Of a stretch of DNA of 48,162 bases, positions 36,665 through 45,496 are shown in pieces (position 1 is the stretch's first letter; every line of letters starts with the position of its first letter). The notes below the pieces were generated by a model. The model did not search any database, was not told the DNA's origin, and saw nothing but the letters and a program-made list of their open reading frames with translations. The DNA lies in the IMG/VR virus record IMGVR_UViG_3300037440_000441, positions 1-48,162 of that record; one strand, 5' to 3'. This DNA comes from a virus. Its lineage: Duplodnaviria > Caudoviricetes. The position numbers and the translations under genes are program-made.

Positions 36665-36746
36665 ACCGTATTGTCGCTTGTAGGGAAAATATTGTTTAGC
36701 TATTTCAGCCGGTTAGAGTTTATGTCGCGCTACAAAGTACGACAAA

Positions 36747-37004
36747 CTACGGCCCCGGATGGGGCGTTACGCCCAAGGATTTGACCGCTTCTCGACGGCC
36801 CGACCATGTCTCTATCGAGTCGACCAGCATGCCGAAGGCCATGGCGATGAATGCGCACGCCGAAGTCGTAGCAAAGAGACCGGCAACGGGGTGCCCGCTC
36901 TCCCATACGATCCAGACTACGTCCCACCCCACATACAGGTACACGGGGAACCCTAGAAACTTGAACGCCGCCCAGCAGCCTGACCGCAGGTTTCGCACGT
37001 CCAT
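36747..37004 (-). CDS. membrane protein
   Basis: Two hydrophobic stretches, AAGGAG RBS. Confidence 0.5.
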   Translation of the reverse strand: MDVRNLRSGCWAAFKFLGFPVYLYVGWDVVWIVWESGHPVAGLFATTSACAFIAMAFGMLVDSIETWSGRREAVKSLGVTPHPGP

Positions 37005-37109
37005 CGCTCTTCTCCTTCTACCACCGGCCCTTGGCCGTTCCGACCGTCCACACCGCGCAGGCCGCGACGAGCAGCGCCACCCATAGCCAGCCGGTGTCGG
37101 CCCACTCGA

Positions 37110-37364
37110 TCACCTAAAATCCACAGCGTTCTTTGTCCGCTCGTCCACGCGGAACCGCAGACCGCACACCCGGCCTTCCCTGATTCGACTCCCGAGGGAC
37201 GGCACGCGCTGGTAGTCGTTCCCCTCCTCGGCGATGGCCGCGCTCAGGGCGTCTGCGTCGCGGAGGCTCTCTACTTCGATGACGATTCGTAGCTTAGTAG
37301 GGTCAATCCTGTGCCTTTTGAGCCAGAAAGCTAGGTGCTTCATCGCGTCTATCACGGCATTCAC
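37110..37364 (-). CDS. hypothetical protein
   Basis: 84 aa, coupled to the integrase stop. Confidence 0.5.
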   Translation of the reverse strand: MNAVIDAMKHLAFWLKRHRIDPTKLRIVIEVESLRDADALSAAIAEEGNDYQRVPSLGSRIREGRVCGLRFRVDERTKNAVDFR

Positions 37365-38422
37365 TCCGCTGCCTGTCCAAGAACCTCATGCAGGAACTCC
37401 GGGCTGTGGTGCCCGTAGACCCGCTCCACCGTCGCCACCGTGTCGCCCAGCAGCTTCGCCACGCTATAGATGCTCTTGTTGTCCTGCAGCAGGTGGGTGG
37501 CGCGGCTGTGCCGCAGGATGTGTGGATTGCGCTTGTGGCCGAGACCGATCGATTCGCAGTGCTGGCGGAACGGCCGGTACATGTCGGTGTGCGTGTTGAA
37601 CAGCAGATCGCTCTCGGACGCCTCCAGCAGCGCCTCGATGTCTGGCCGGATCTCGTCGAACAGCGGCACCACCGGCCGGCGCTTGCACGTGCGGCGCATG
37701 CCTGGCGGGTGCAGGTTGATCTGCCGGGTCTCCAGATTGATCTGGCCGCGGCGCAGCTTCTCGATCGAGCGCCGGCGCGCGGCGGTGTAGTAGCCAATCC
37801 GGATGAAGCGGCGCAGCCGGTCGTCCTCGGCCGTCATCAACCGGGCGATCTCGTCACGGGTGTACCACTCGTCATCCCGAAGGGGCTCGCCCTCGTTGTC
37901 GTCCGGCCAGTCGATCGACGGTGCGTCCTTGCGCTCGAGCCGGCGCCATTTGATGGCATGGTTGGCCGCCGCGTTCAGCGTGACGAGCTCGCGCCGGATA
38001 GTGGGGTCGCTGCCGACCTTGCTCTGGCGCCGCCTGCCGCCACCGATGCGGCCGGCGCGCCTGGCCTCGGCGTACTGGTGGGTGAGCGGCACATCGACGT
38101 CGCGCATCTCGGTGCTGCCGAAGAACTCCTTGAGGTGGCCGACGATGTCCTCCTGGCGGCGCACGTCGGCGCAGTTGCGGCGCACGTGCTCCTTCAGGTA
38201 GTCGTCTAGCCCCTGGGAGACAGTGAGGTGGTCGCCCCGGTCGGCGAAGACTTCCTGCCCGCCCGAGAGGAAGGCGGCGAAGCGACCTTGTGCTTCAGCA
38301 GCGTCTTTCGTAGCCAGGCTGATGCGCTTGGTTCGACGGGCTTCCTGATCGTACCAGTGGACGTAGAAGGTGCCGCTGCCGTTCTCTTCGAGCCACGGGA
38401 CTTGCTTCGACGGTCGGGCCAT
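37361..38422 (-). CDS. int: tyrosine integrase
   Basis: 'YTAARR' (R), 'HILRHSRAT' (HxxR), 'LLGD...ERVYGH' (Y). Confidence 0.92.
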   Translation of the reverse strand: MARPSKQVPWLEENGSGTFYVHWYDQEARRTKRISLATKDAAEAQGRFAAFLSGGQEVFADRGDHLTVSQGLDDYLKEHVRRNCADVRRQEDIVGHLKEFFGSTEMRDVDVPLTHQYAEARRAGRIGGGRRRQSKVGSDPTIRRELVTLNAAANHAIKWRRLERKDAPSIDWPDDNEGEPLRDDEWYTRDEIARLMTAEDDRLRRFIRIGYYTAARRRSIEKLRRGQINLETRQINLHPPGMRRTCKRRPVVPLFDEIRPDIEALLEASESDLLFNTHTDMYRPFRQHCESIGLGHKRNPHILRHSRATHLLQDNKSIYSVAKLLGDTVATVERVYGHHSPEFLHEVLGQAAE

Positions 38423-38580
38423 ATGCTCTTGAACTCCTCGATCTGCTCTGGCGCGAAGCGGGCGTGGCCGCCGGGCGTGCGGTGCATTGGCGTCACGTGG
38501 CCGGCGCGCATGTATCTCTGCAAGGTGCGCGGACAGACGCCGATGGCCGCTGCGAACTCACTTAGGGTCAGCGTGCTCAC
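38206..38580 (-). CDS. excisionase-like HTH protein
   Basis: 'LTLSEFAAAIGVCPRTLQRY...RTPGGHARF', with a low-complexity tail overlapping the int start. Confidence 0.75.
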   Translation of the reverse strand: MSTLTLSEFAAAIGVCPRTLQRYMRAGHVTPMHRTPGGHARFAPEQIEEFKSIWPDRRSKSRGSKRTAAAPSTSTGTIRKPVEPSASAWLRKTLLKHKVASPPSSRAGRKSSPTGATTSLSPRG

Positions 38581-38962
38581 CCTTGACCAGTTCCATCACC
38601 TTGATCGCCACCGGCCACGACACCGGCTGGTTGACGCGCAGCCACACCGTGCCGTTGCCCATGTCCTCGATGGCGACCGACTTCTGCGCTTCGGCCACGG
38701 GCGAGCCGCCGCCAGGGATCAGCTCGCTGGGCTCCATGTTCAGCGCCTTGCACATCGCGTGCAGCGACTCGTTGTAGGGCAGCGTCTTCCCGCGAACGTA
38801 CTTCGACACTTGGTCGCGGGTGAATTCCTTCGGCTTGCCGGTCTTCTTGTCTATCGGCATGTGCAGAGTGGCCTGCCGGGCGAATTCGCTCTGGTTCCAG
38901 CCCCGTTCCGTCAGCGCGTCCCACAGGTGTTTGGCGAATATCCTCTTCCTCTCGTCCGACAT
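38558..38962 (-). CDS. XRE-family repressor-like HTH protein
   Basis: 'F...L...L.ERGWNQSEFAR...RDQVSKYVRG..LP....L...CKAL...P.EL'. Confidence 0.8.
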   Translation of the reverse strand: MSDERKRIFAKHLWDALTERGWNQSEFARQATLHMPIDKKTGKPKEFTRDQVSKYVRGKTLPYNESLHAMCKALNMEPSELIPGGGSPVAEAQKSVAIEDMGNGTVWLRVNQPVSWPVAIKVMELVKGEHADPK

Positions 38963-39070
38963 TGTCGTATCTCCGTCCTTCCCTCGTAGCCGCAAACTAC
39001 GACATAGTAGACAATGTGTCAAACATCAATAGGCGGACGTGAAAATGATTAATGCACGCACAGCAAGCAG

Positions 39071-40654
39071 TTACGCCCGCCACGCCCCGTCAGGTTGCAT
39101 CAGAATCAGTTGTCGCTTGCCGTTCCGTAATTGAACATCGCAAGCGACAGCCCACGAGCTCATGCCCTTGTTGTAGCCCATCTCGAGCGAGCATACGCCG
39201 ACCTGGTGCGCGCCGTCGAGGATGCCGGGTGCATGCCCGTGGCCGGACGTGCTCTTCGGCCCAATCCGGGCGAACTGTCTCAATCCGCCGCGGCTTCCGT
39301 TGGCGCCGAGGTGTCCGTGCATGCCATATTCCACGGCGCCGACGGCGAAGCTGTCGTCTTCCCTGAGAAAGCGCACGCCCTCCAGGTCGGCCATCTGGCG
39401 GCAGGCGTGCTCGAATATCGAAAAGCGGGTGTCGCCGCGCGCGATCGCCTCGAACACGGCGAGCTGGGAGCGCAGGAAGAACAGCGCATTCGCCGGGTCC
39501 ATGCCGTAGGCCGAGGTGTTCTTCAGCCACTTGAGGAAGGCGAGATCGTGGTTCGATTCGACCACCACCGATTCGCACCAGTCGCGCTTCGTGTCGCGCA
39601 GGAAGGTCGCAGCACCCCGGATGTCGGCTTCGACCGAGTCCTCGTTGCGGCACCACCGCTCGAACAGGAAGTGGATGTCGCCGAGATTGTGATGGTTGCG
39701 CGACCGGAAGTCGAGCACGTCATGGAAAAGCTGGTACTCCGGCCGCAGTGTGTCGAGCATGTTGGCCTCGCGGAAGAACAGCTGCTGGGCGACCGACGGC
39801 TCGAGCTTCTCGTGGTGGATGTCCGGCCAGGCGATCGCGCGCACCCGATGGCCGGTCGTTATCTCGCCGCCGGCAACGCCGGTGTCGAGGTCTTGGAAAC
39901 TGCCGTCCTCGTCGGCCAGCAGGTGGCGCATCCATGTGCGTCCGCGGCTGTCCACCTCGATCAGCAGCGCGCCGAGAATGTGGTGGAACTGCGCCTTCAT
40001 GCCGGCTTTCTTCTGGATGTAGTTCGGCAAGGTCACCGCGCCGGTCGTCAGGTTGAACTTGGCGCCGGTCGACTTGGGCTGCGCCACGGTGGTCAGCGCC
40101 ACCTTGGCGTGCGGGAACACGCCGTGCAGCGAGCCGCTGTAGCCCTCGAGGCCGCTCAGGGGGTGGACGGCAGTCGGCAGGGTGTTCATTTCGGCACAGA
40201 TCGCCACGGCGCCTGCCACGTGCGTCTGCTCGAACGACAGGTGCGGCTGGATCTCCTCGGCGAACAGGCCGCTCTTCGGCGCGTGGTCGCTGTACAGCGC
40301 CTTGTTGTAGGTGAAGCCACCGACGATCAGCCGGGCGTCGAGATGGGCGGCATAGGCCGTCAGGTTGGCGAGGAAGGGCCCGTGGACGGTGGTGGCGTCC
40401 TGCGCCGCGGTGACGATGAACCGCTTGATGCCGGTGCGCGGTCTGGCGACCTTGCGCGGCTCCGGCACGTCGTGGTGGCTGATCTCCATGCCGCCGGGCT
40501 CCAGGCCGGTCATGCGTGCGTTGCGCAGCCGCGCCTGGAAGGTCGAGCGGTTCATGCCGAGGTGGACGGCGGCGCGCGCCTCGTTGCAGCCGCACTCGTG
40601 CCAGGCGTCGATGGCCTCCTGCAACTGCTCGGTGCCGAGGCGGTGGCCGGCCAT
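39071..40654 (-). CDS. N-terminal HTH + metallophosphoesterase, T5 A1-like protein
   Basis: 'TAAQD.T.VH..F', 'PDIHH', 'HDVLDF..RNHH', 'SNHD', 'HGHLGANGSRG', 'GHGH'. Confidence 0.7.
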   Translation of the reverse strand: MAGHRLGTEQLQEAIDAWHECGCNEARAAVHLGMNRSTFQARLRNARMTGLEPGGMEISHHDVPEPRKVARPRTGIKRFIVTAAQDATTVHGPFLANLTAYAAHLDARLIVGGFTYNKALYSDHAPKSGLFAEEIQPHLSFEQTHVAGAVAICAEMNTLPTAVHPLSGLEGYSGSLHGVFPHAKVALTTVAQPKSTGAKFNLTTGAVTLPNYIQKKAGMKAQFHHILGALLIEVDSRGRTWMRHLLADEDGSFQDLDTGVAGGEITTGHRVRAIAWPDIHHEKLEPSVAQQLFFREANMLDTLRPEYQLFHDVLDFRSRNHHNLGDIHFLFERWCRNEDSVEADIRGAATFLRDTKRDWCESVVVESNHDLAFLKWLKNTSAYGMDPANALFFLRSQLAVFEAIARGDTRFSIFEHACRQMADLEGVRFLREDDSFAVGAVEYGMHGHLGANGSRGGLRQFARIGPKSTSGHGHAPGILDGAHQVGVCSLEMGYNKGMSSWAVACDVQLRNGKRQLILMQPDGAWRA

Positions 40655-40890
40655 CAGTGTTTCGGCAGGTGAAACTGGGTGCGGCCGACGACGGCGCACT
40701 TGGGGATGGTCATCACGCCGGCCACCTGATCGCCGGCGATGTGCGCGGCGATCGTCACGAAATGCTCGTCCTCGTGCAGAACGTAGCCGAACGAGGTGCA
40801 GGCCGCGCCGGTCGTGTCGATGTCGTCACGCATCACCCAGCCGCTGCCGTGGTGGCAACTGTCTATCCAGTGGATGATCTCAGGGGTCAA
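40654..40890 (-). CDS. small hypothetical phage protein
   Basis: 'IHWIDS...GW...C.S.GY.......V..A...IP..AV'. Confidence 0.6.
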   Translation of the reverse strand: MTPEIIHWIDSCHHGSGWVMRDDIDTTGAACTSFGYVLHEDEHFVTIAAHIAGDQVAGVMTIPKCAVVGRTQFHLPKH

Positions 40891-40891
40891 C

Positions 40892-41311
40892 TCACCGTCG
40901 CCTCGTCACCATGTCGGTGATCTTCTCGACACTCCGGCCGCCGACATAGCCGCCGACACAGATCGTGGTCAGCGTGAAGAACCATTCCAGGCCCACGTCG
41001 CCGAACCGCACCTGAGGCAGCAACCCCCACGTCAGCAGGAACGGATAGGCGAAGATGACGAACCAGATCGAGCCGAACGAGGACAGGGCCACGATCGGCC
41101 GCCAGTTGCGGGCGAGCCATGAATCGCTTTTCGTCTCGGCAATAATGACATCGGCCTGCGATTTCGACACTTCCGAGATGGTGCCCATGACCGCCTTCTC
41201 GACTTCGGCCCGTGCTTCGGCCTCAGAGAGCTTGCGGTCCTGGATCTTGTTGAACACTCCCATCACGGCATTGACGATGGGGCCGCCGAGCAGGGACAGG
41301 AGGAAGCCCAT
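40892..41311 (-). CDS. 3TM (GTA-type) holin
   Basis: 'AETKSDSWLARNWRP', two further TM segments, 'GGY..GRS.EK'. Confidence 0.8.
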   Translation of the reverse strand: MGFLLSLLGGPIVNAVMGVFNKIQDRKLSEAEARAEVEKAVMGTISEVSKSQADVIIAETKSDSWLARNWRPIVALSSFGSIWFVIFAYPFLLTWGLLPQVRFGDVGLEWFFTLTTICVGGYVGGRSVEKITDMVTRRR

Positions 41312-41315
41312 GGGA

Positions 41316-41567
41316 TTAAGCCTTCCTGTCTTTGGCGAGATGGGCGGCAACGTTGAACACCAGGAACAGCCACGGGGCATATTCGGCACCCGCGACGGTT
41401 CGCCAGTCGTAGACCGCGAGGAACTGGAGTAGCCCGGCACTGCCAGCAACGGCGCTCGACAAGCCGAGCGTCAGCTTCGTGAGATAGCCTTTCGGCACCG
41501 CGTACCACGCGATGCCGAACAGGCCCGCCATCACTAGGACGGCGAAGAAGGCATAGGCGAGGTCCAT
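41316..41567 (-). CDS. multi-TM membrane protein (lysis cassette)
   Basis: Three hydrophobic segments, coupled. Confidence 0.55.
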   Translation of the reverse strand: MDLAYAFFAVLVMAGLFGIAWYAVPKGYLTKLTLGLSSAVAGSAGLLQFLAVYDWRTVAGAEYAPWLFLVFNVAAHLAKDRKA

Positions 41568-41749
41568 CAGAAACCGCCGTGATACCAAGCGATGAGAAAG
41601 ACGACGGCGATTACGCCAATGATCGCCTTCGGCTTCCAGCCACGCATGAAGATGCCCTGCCAGAAGGTGTGACCGGCCTTGACGCCCTGGTCGGCGACGT
41701 GGGCGGCTTCCTTCTTAACGGTTTCGCCAGCTTCGTTGAGTTCAGTCAT
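41567..41749 (-). CDS. C-terminally anchored membrane protein (lysis cassette)
   Basis: AAGGA RBS, C-terminal TM. Confidence 0.55.
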   Translation of the reverse strand: MTELNEAGETVKKEAAHVADQGVKAGHTFWQGIFMRGWKPKAIIGVIAVVFLIAWYHGGF

Positions 41750-41761
41750 GTGAATAGTTCC

Positions 41762-42322
41762 TTAGCGCCTGAATAGGTTGAGCAAAGCCTTGACCAGCGC
41801 CATGAGCCAAGAATCTGCGGGTTCGGTGGCCGGTTGTTTGGCCGGTTCGGGAACGCCCGGATCGTCGGGCTGGCGGACGGGGGACGCGCCTTCGTTCCAC
41901 AGGTCGGCTTCGGCCTTGCGGCGACGGGTCAGGCCGGCAAGCACCTTGCCCCCGGCCTTGTTCCACTTCGCCAGTTCGACCGGCACGGCGTCGTACATGC
42001 CGAGATTCAGCTTGCGGGTGAGGGTCGCCTTGCCGATCGCCCCGGTGTTGTAGTGGAAGCTCACCAGCGCATCGAACTGGTGCTGCTTGAGCGGCACCTT
42101 GACGGCGTTCAGGACGCCCGCTTCGTACTTGGCGAGGTCGCGCACCAGGATCGCCTCGGCTTCGGCCTGCGAGATGGTCAGACCCGCCGTGACGGCCGGC
42201 GCACCAGCCGCGCTAGTGTGACCGTATCCGATCGTGAGCACACCGACAGAATCGCGGTACGCCTTCAGTCGACAGCCCTCGAATTCCTTCAAGAGCGCAA
42301 CGCCCCGCGCGCTGGTTTTCAT
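41762..42322 (-). CDS. endolysin, GH24 lysozyme
   Basis: 'FEGCRLKAYRDSVGVLTIGYGHT' (E-x8-D-x5-T), 'QFDALVSF.YN.G', 'GLTRRRKAE'. Confidence 0.93.
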   Translation of the reverse strand: MKTSARGVALLKEFEGCRLKAYRDSVGVLTIGYGHTSAAGAPAVTAGLTISQAEAEAILVRDLAKYEAGVLNAVKVPLKQHQFDALVSFHYNTGAIGKATLTRKLNLGMYDAVPVELAKWNKAGGKVLAGLTRRRKAEADLWNEGASPVRQPDDPGVPEPAKQPATEPADSWLMALVKALLNLFRR

Positions 42323-42357
42323 CGCCGGAATCCTGTGGGTTTGCTACGGGCTGGAGA

Positions 42358-43191
42358 CTACTTCTTGCCGCCCTTTTCCTTCGTCACGCGGTCGGCGCGG
42401 CACTTCGCGTCGTCCGCCGCGTCGTCGTAGACAGAGGCGAAGCAGGCTTCGGCCAGGAACTCGCGGAGGATCATTGCGGGGATGGCCAGGCCAATGAACG
42501 TCGCGGCCTGGTGGCCCGCGGCGGGAACGCCGATCATGGCGCCGTTGTCGTCGTAGAGCGCACCACCGGAGTTGCCGCCGAACATGCCGCCGGAGTACTG
42601 GAGCATCGGCAGCTTTTCGCCGAGCGCCCACGGGAACTCGAAGGTGCGGTTGACCGACGAGATGATGCCTTCGGTCACCGTCGCGTCAAGACCGGCCGGG
42701 TTGCCTACCGCATATGCGTGCTCGCCGCGCTGCGTCACGGTGGCGGAGCCTTGGACGCGGCTGGCCACGGTCTGCGGGATGGTGTCGGCCTTGATCCTGA
42801 GCAAAGCCAGATCCCGGGTCTGCTTCTTGGCTACGATCTCGGTGACGTAGGAGGTCTGGCCGACAACGGTGAAACCCTGATAGGCGCGCTGGGTGATCGG
42901 CACGTCTTCGAGCTTCTCGCGCTTGATCTTGATGATCCTGCCGTCGGAAGCGGTCTCTTCGCGCTCCGTGGTATTCACGAAGCCGTCGATGCAGTGGTAG
43001 TTGGTGAGGATCAGCTTGGCCTTCAGGTCGACGAGGGTGCCGCTGCACCCGCTGGCGACGATGAAATTGGTCTGGTCAATTTGGCGGTTCATCGCCTCCC
43101 GTTCCCACGCCTGCGCTTCCGGTCGCCCCATGACGACGATCACGAACAGGAAAACGCACGCCCACACCATCGCATCGCGCAGCTTGGTCAT
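42358..43191 (-). CDS. secreted trypsin-like (S1) serine protease
   Basis: Signal/TM N-terminus, triad motifs 'TNYHC', 'DLALL', 'GGNSGG'. Confidence 0.88.
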   Translation of the reverse strand: MTKLRDAMVWACVFLFVIVVMGRPEAQAWEREAMNRQIDQTNFIVASGCSGTLVDLKAKLILTNYHCIDGFVNTTEREETASDGRIIKIKREKLEDVPITQRAYQGFTVVGQTSYVTEIVAKKQTRDLALLRIKADTIPQTVASRVQGSATVTQRGEHAYAVGNPAGLDATVTEGIISSVNRTFEFPWALGEKLPMLQYSGGMFGGNSGGALYDDNGAMIGVPAAGHQAATFIGLAIPAMILREFLAEACFASVYDDAADDAKCRADRVTKEKGGKK

Positions 43192-43258
43192 CGGTCCATC
43201 CTTCCGAAGTGGAGTTTGTAGCTTGATGTCGCGATAATACGCCTACAAAGTACGACAG

Positions 43259-45496
43259 TCAATCCGAAGAGAAACTGTCGTCGTCGGTCGATTCGCGCGA
43301 GCCGGCCCCCAGCGCAAGCAACTGGTTGAGCCGCGAGTTCCAGCCGGGCCCCTGAATCTCCGACACCGGCTTGTCGAGCAGATGGCGGGCGAGGTCCGGA
43401 TCGAACCACATGCGGTCGACCAGCCGCTTCATCTTGCTTTCCAGCGTCATCTGCTTGAGCCCCGGAACGAGGTTCAAGCCGACGCGGATGCGCTTCATGA
43501 TCATGCCGGTCTTGATGGCGTTGCCGGTGTAGGCCAGGACCGCGGCCTCGAAGGCGTTGGCGAGCTGCTGGTTCTCGGCGGTGGCCGATCCGGCGACCGA
43601 CTGGCGGCCGAGGTTGCCGAGCGGCTCGAGCATCTTGTGCGCGCGGCGCAGCGCGTTCATGTCCTCGGGGCTGAACACCTTCGCCAGCCCCTTCTCGTGC
43701 TGCTTGAACACCTTCTGCAGCGCGGCGATCGACACCGGCCCTTCGGCCGCACCGGTGAGCGCGGTGTTGGTCGTCGTCACCTGGTCGGCCAGCACCTCGG
43801 CCACGGCCGCGCGCCAGCCGCGCATCGCCTCCGGGTTGGTGCCGATGGCCTCGTTCACCTGGTCGAGCAGTTGTTCGGTGCCGTACTCGCGACCGCCGAA
43901 GATGCGCTTGGCGACGTTGCGCGGATCCTTCTCCATCAGCGAGGCGACCGTGTCGCTGTCACGCAGCGCGTTGATCGGCTTGCTGCCTTCGCGGTACTTG
44001 TTCAGGTACTGACCGAACTCTGGCGCGGCTTCGTTGATCTGAGCGTCGAGCGCGTTGCGCACTTCGATCAGTTCCTTCTTGGCGTAGCGGCCGGTGGCTG
44101 TGTCGGTGCGCCCGTCGATGATGTCGCTGATCGCCTTGCGCGTCTCGTAGAGACCGCTGACCGAGGTGTCGAGCGCCTCGGGATTGTCCGGATCGACCCG
44201 CGCCGGCTTCAGCATCTCGCGCGCCTTGGTCAGCGCGTCGCGCACCGCTGGCCGCTTGGCCTCGCCGAGCATGGTGTCGATCGCGTCGGCCACCGGCTGC
44301 GCGTCGACCATGGCACCGGACTCCTCGGCTCGCTTGAGCAGCGGCAGCGCGTCGGCGTCGCGCGCATCGGCCAGATCCTTTGGACGCTGCTGCGCGAACT
44401 CAGTGGCGGCCCCCTGGTCGGCATCCGGATCGCGCAGGCCAGTGACGCGATCCTGAGCGGCGTCCTTGAGTCGCTGGTCACTCTCCTGGAACGGCACCGG
44501 ATCGCGGCCGCGCGCGCCGCGCTCCATCGCCACCATGCCGATGTCGTCGCTGGCGATGCCGGAGGTCGGCGCAGGCTCGCCGGCGTTGCGCGCCGCCTCC
44601 ACCCGCTGGCCGATGCGCGCGCTGGCCTTGGCCGGGTCGGTGGCCGCGCCCTGCACCATGCGCGCGGTGTGTTCGGCCACGCGGCGGCTGGTCGAGCCGA
44701 GCGTGTCCGGATCGAGCGCGATGCTCGGGTCGGCCACGATGCCCATCCCCGTGTTCCACGCCTGCTTCGGCGAACGAACAACATTAGCAGCGATCGAGCC
44801 GCCTAGGCCGCCGACCAGCACGCCAAGCATGTCCGCGATGGGGTTGTCGGGGAAGTTCTCCTGCGACTGGTCTATGCCGAGACCCGAGCCGACACCAGCG
44901 GCGGCATCCCCAACCAGCGTCTTGCCGGGACTCTGCGCGTAAGGCCGCATGAGCCCGTCCAGGGGCCCCGGCTTAGGCGCCGCGGCACCGGGCGCGAACT
45001 TGGCTCCTGCCGCCGCGGACAGGCCGGCACCCGAAGTCAGCGCCGCCGTACCGAACCGGTTGATGTCCCCGAGCTGCCGCTCGCCACGGCTGCGCTCTTC
45101 TTCCTCGAACGGCTTGAACCCCGCAAACTCAGAGAGCGTGGACATCATGTTCGAGATGTTGTCGGCCCCCATGAACGGCTCTTCAATGCGGGGCAAGTTG
45201 GTGCTCACGTCCGGAACACCGGGGATCATTCCGGGGATCTTGGACAGCAGGTCGACCGTAGAGAATCCGAGATTGGCCGCTCCCGACATCAGGTCGACCG
45301 GCATGCCGGCCACATCCGCCAGCCCCTTGCCGACGTCCTGCGTGCCCATGGCAAGCGGACGGGCGGGACCGCTGCGGAACGCCTCTCCGGCGTTCTGCTC
45401 CTTTACGATAAACTTGCGCCCGGCGCGGACCGCCTCCGAAGGGTCGTCGGTTTCGATCTCAAGGATGCGGCCGTCCTCCAGTTCAACCTCGATCAC
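43259..45496 (-). CDS. internal virion / ejection protein (large)
   Basis: 745 aa, Ala/Gly-rich helical, last of the ejectosome-like cluster. Confidence 0.65.
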   Translation of the reverse strand: MIEVELEDGRILEIETDDPSEAVRAGRKFIVKEQNAGEAFRSGPARPLAMGTQDVGKGLADVAGMPVDLMSGAANLGFSTVDLLSKIPGMIPGVPDVSTNLPRIEEPFMGADNISNMMSTLSEFAGFKPFEEEERSRGERQLGDINRFGTAALTSGAGLSAAAGAKFAPGAAAPKPGPLDGLMRPYAQSPGKTLVGDAAAGVGSGLGIDQSQENFPDNPIADMLGVLVGGLGGSIAANVVRSPKQAWNTGMGIVADPSIALDPDTLGSTSRRVAEHTARMVQGAATDPAKASARIGQRVEAARNAGEPAPTSGIASDDIGMVAMERGARGRDPVPFQESDQRLKDAAQDRVTGLRDPDADQGAATEFAQQRPKDLADARDADALPLLKRAEESGAMVDAQPVADAIDTMLGEAKRPAVRDALTKAREMLKPARVDPDNPEALDTSVSGLYETRKAISDIIDGRTDTATGRYAKKELIEVRNALDAQINEAAPEFGQYLNKYREGSKPINALRDSDTVASLMEKDPRNVAKRIFGGREYGTEQLLDQVNEAIGTNPEAMRGWRAAVAEVLADQVTTTNTALTGAAEGPVSIAALQKVFKQHEKGLAKVFSPEDMNALRRAHKMLEPLGNLGRQSVAGSATAENQQLANAFEAAVLAYTGNAIKTGMIMKRIRVGLNLVPGLKQMTLESKMKRLVDRMWFDPDLARHLLDKPVSEIQGPGWNSRLNQLLALGAGSRESTDDDSFSSD

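Noticed and set aside
36620-36700. Full tRNA-Glu gene
   Set aside because: Only the 3' half is present. No D arm or 5' acceptor strand upstream on the minus strand, so it is interpreted as attP.
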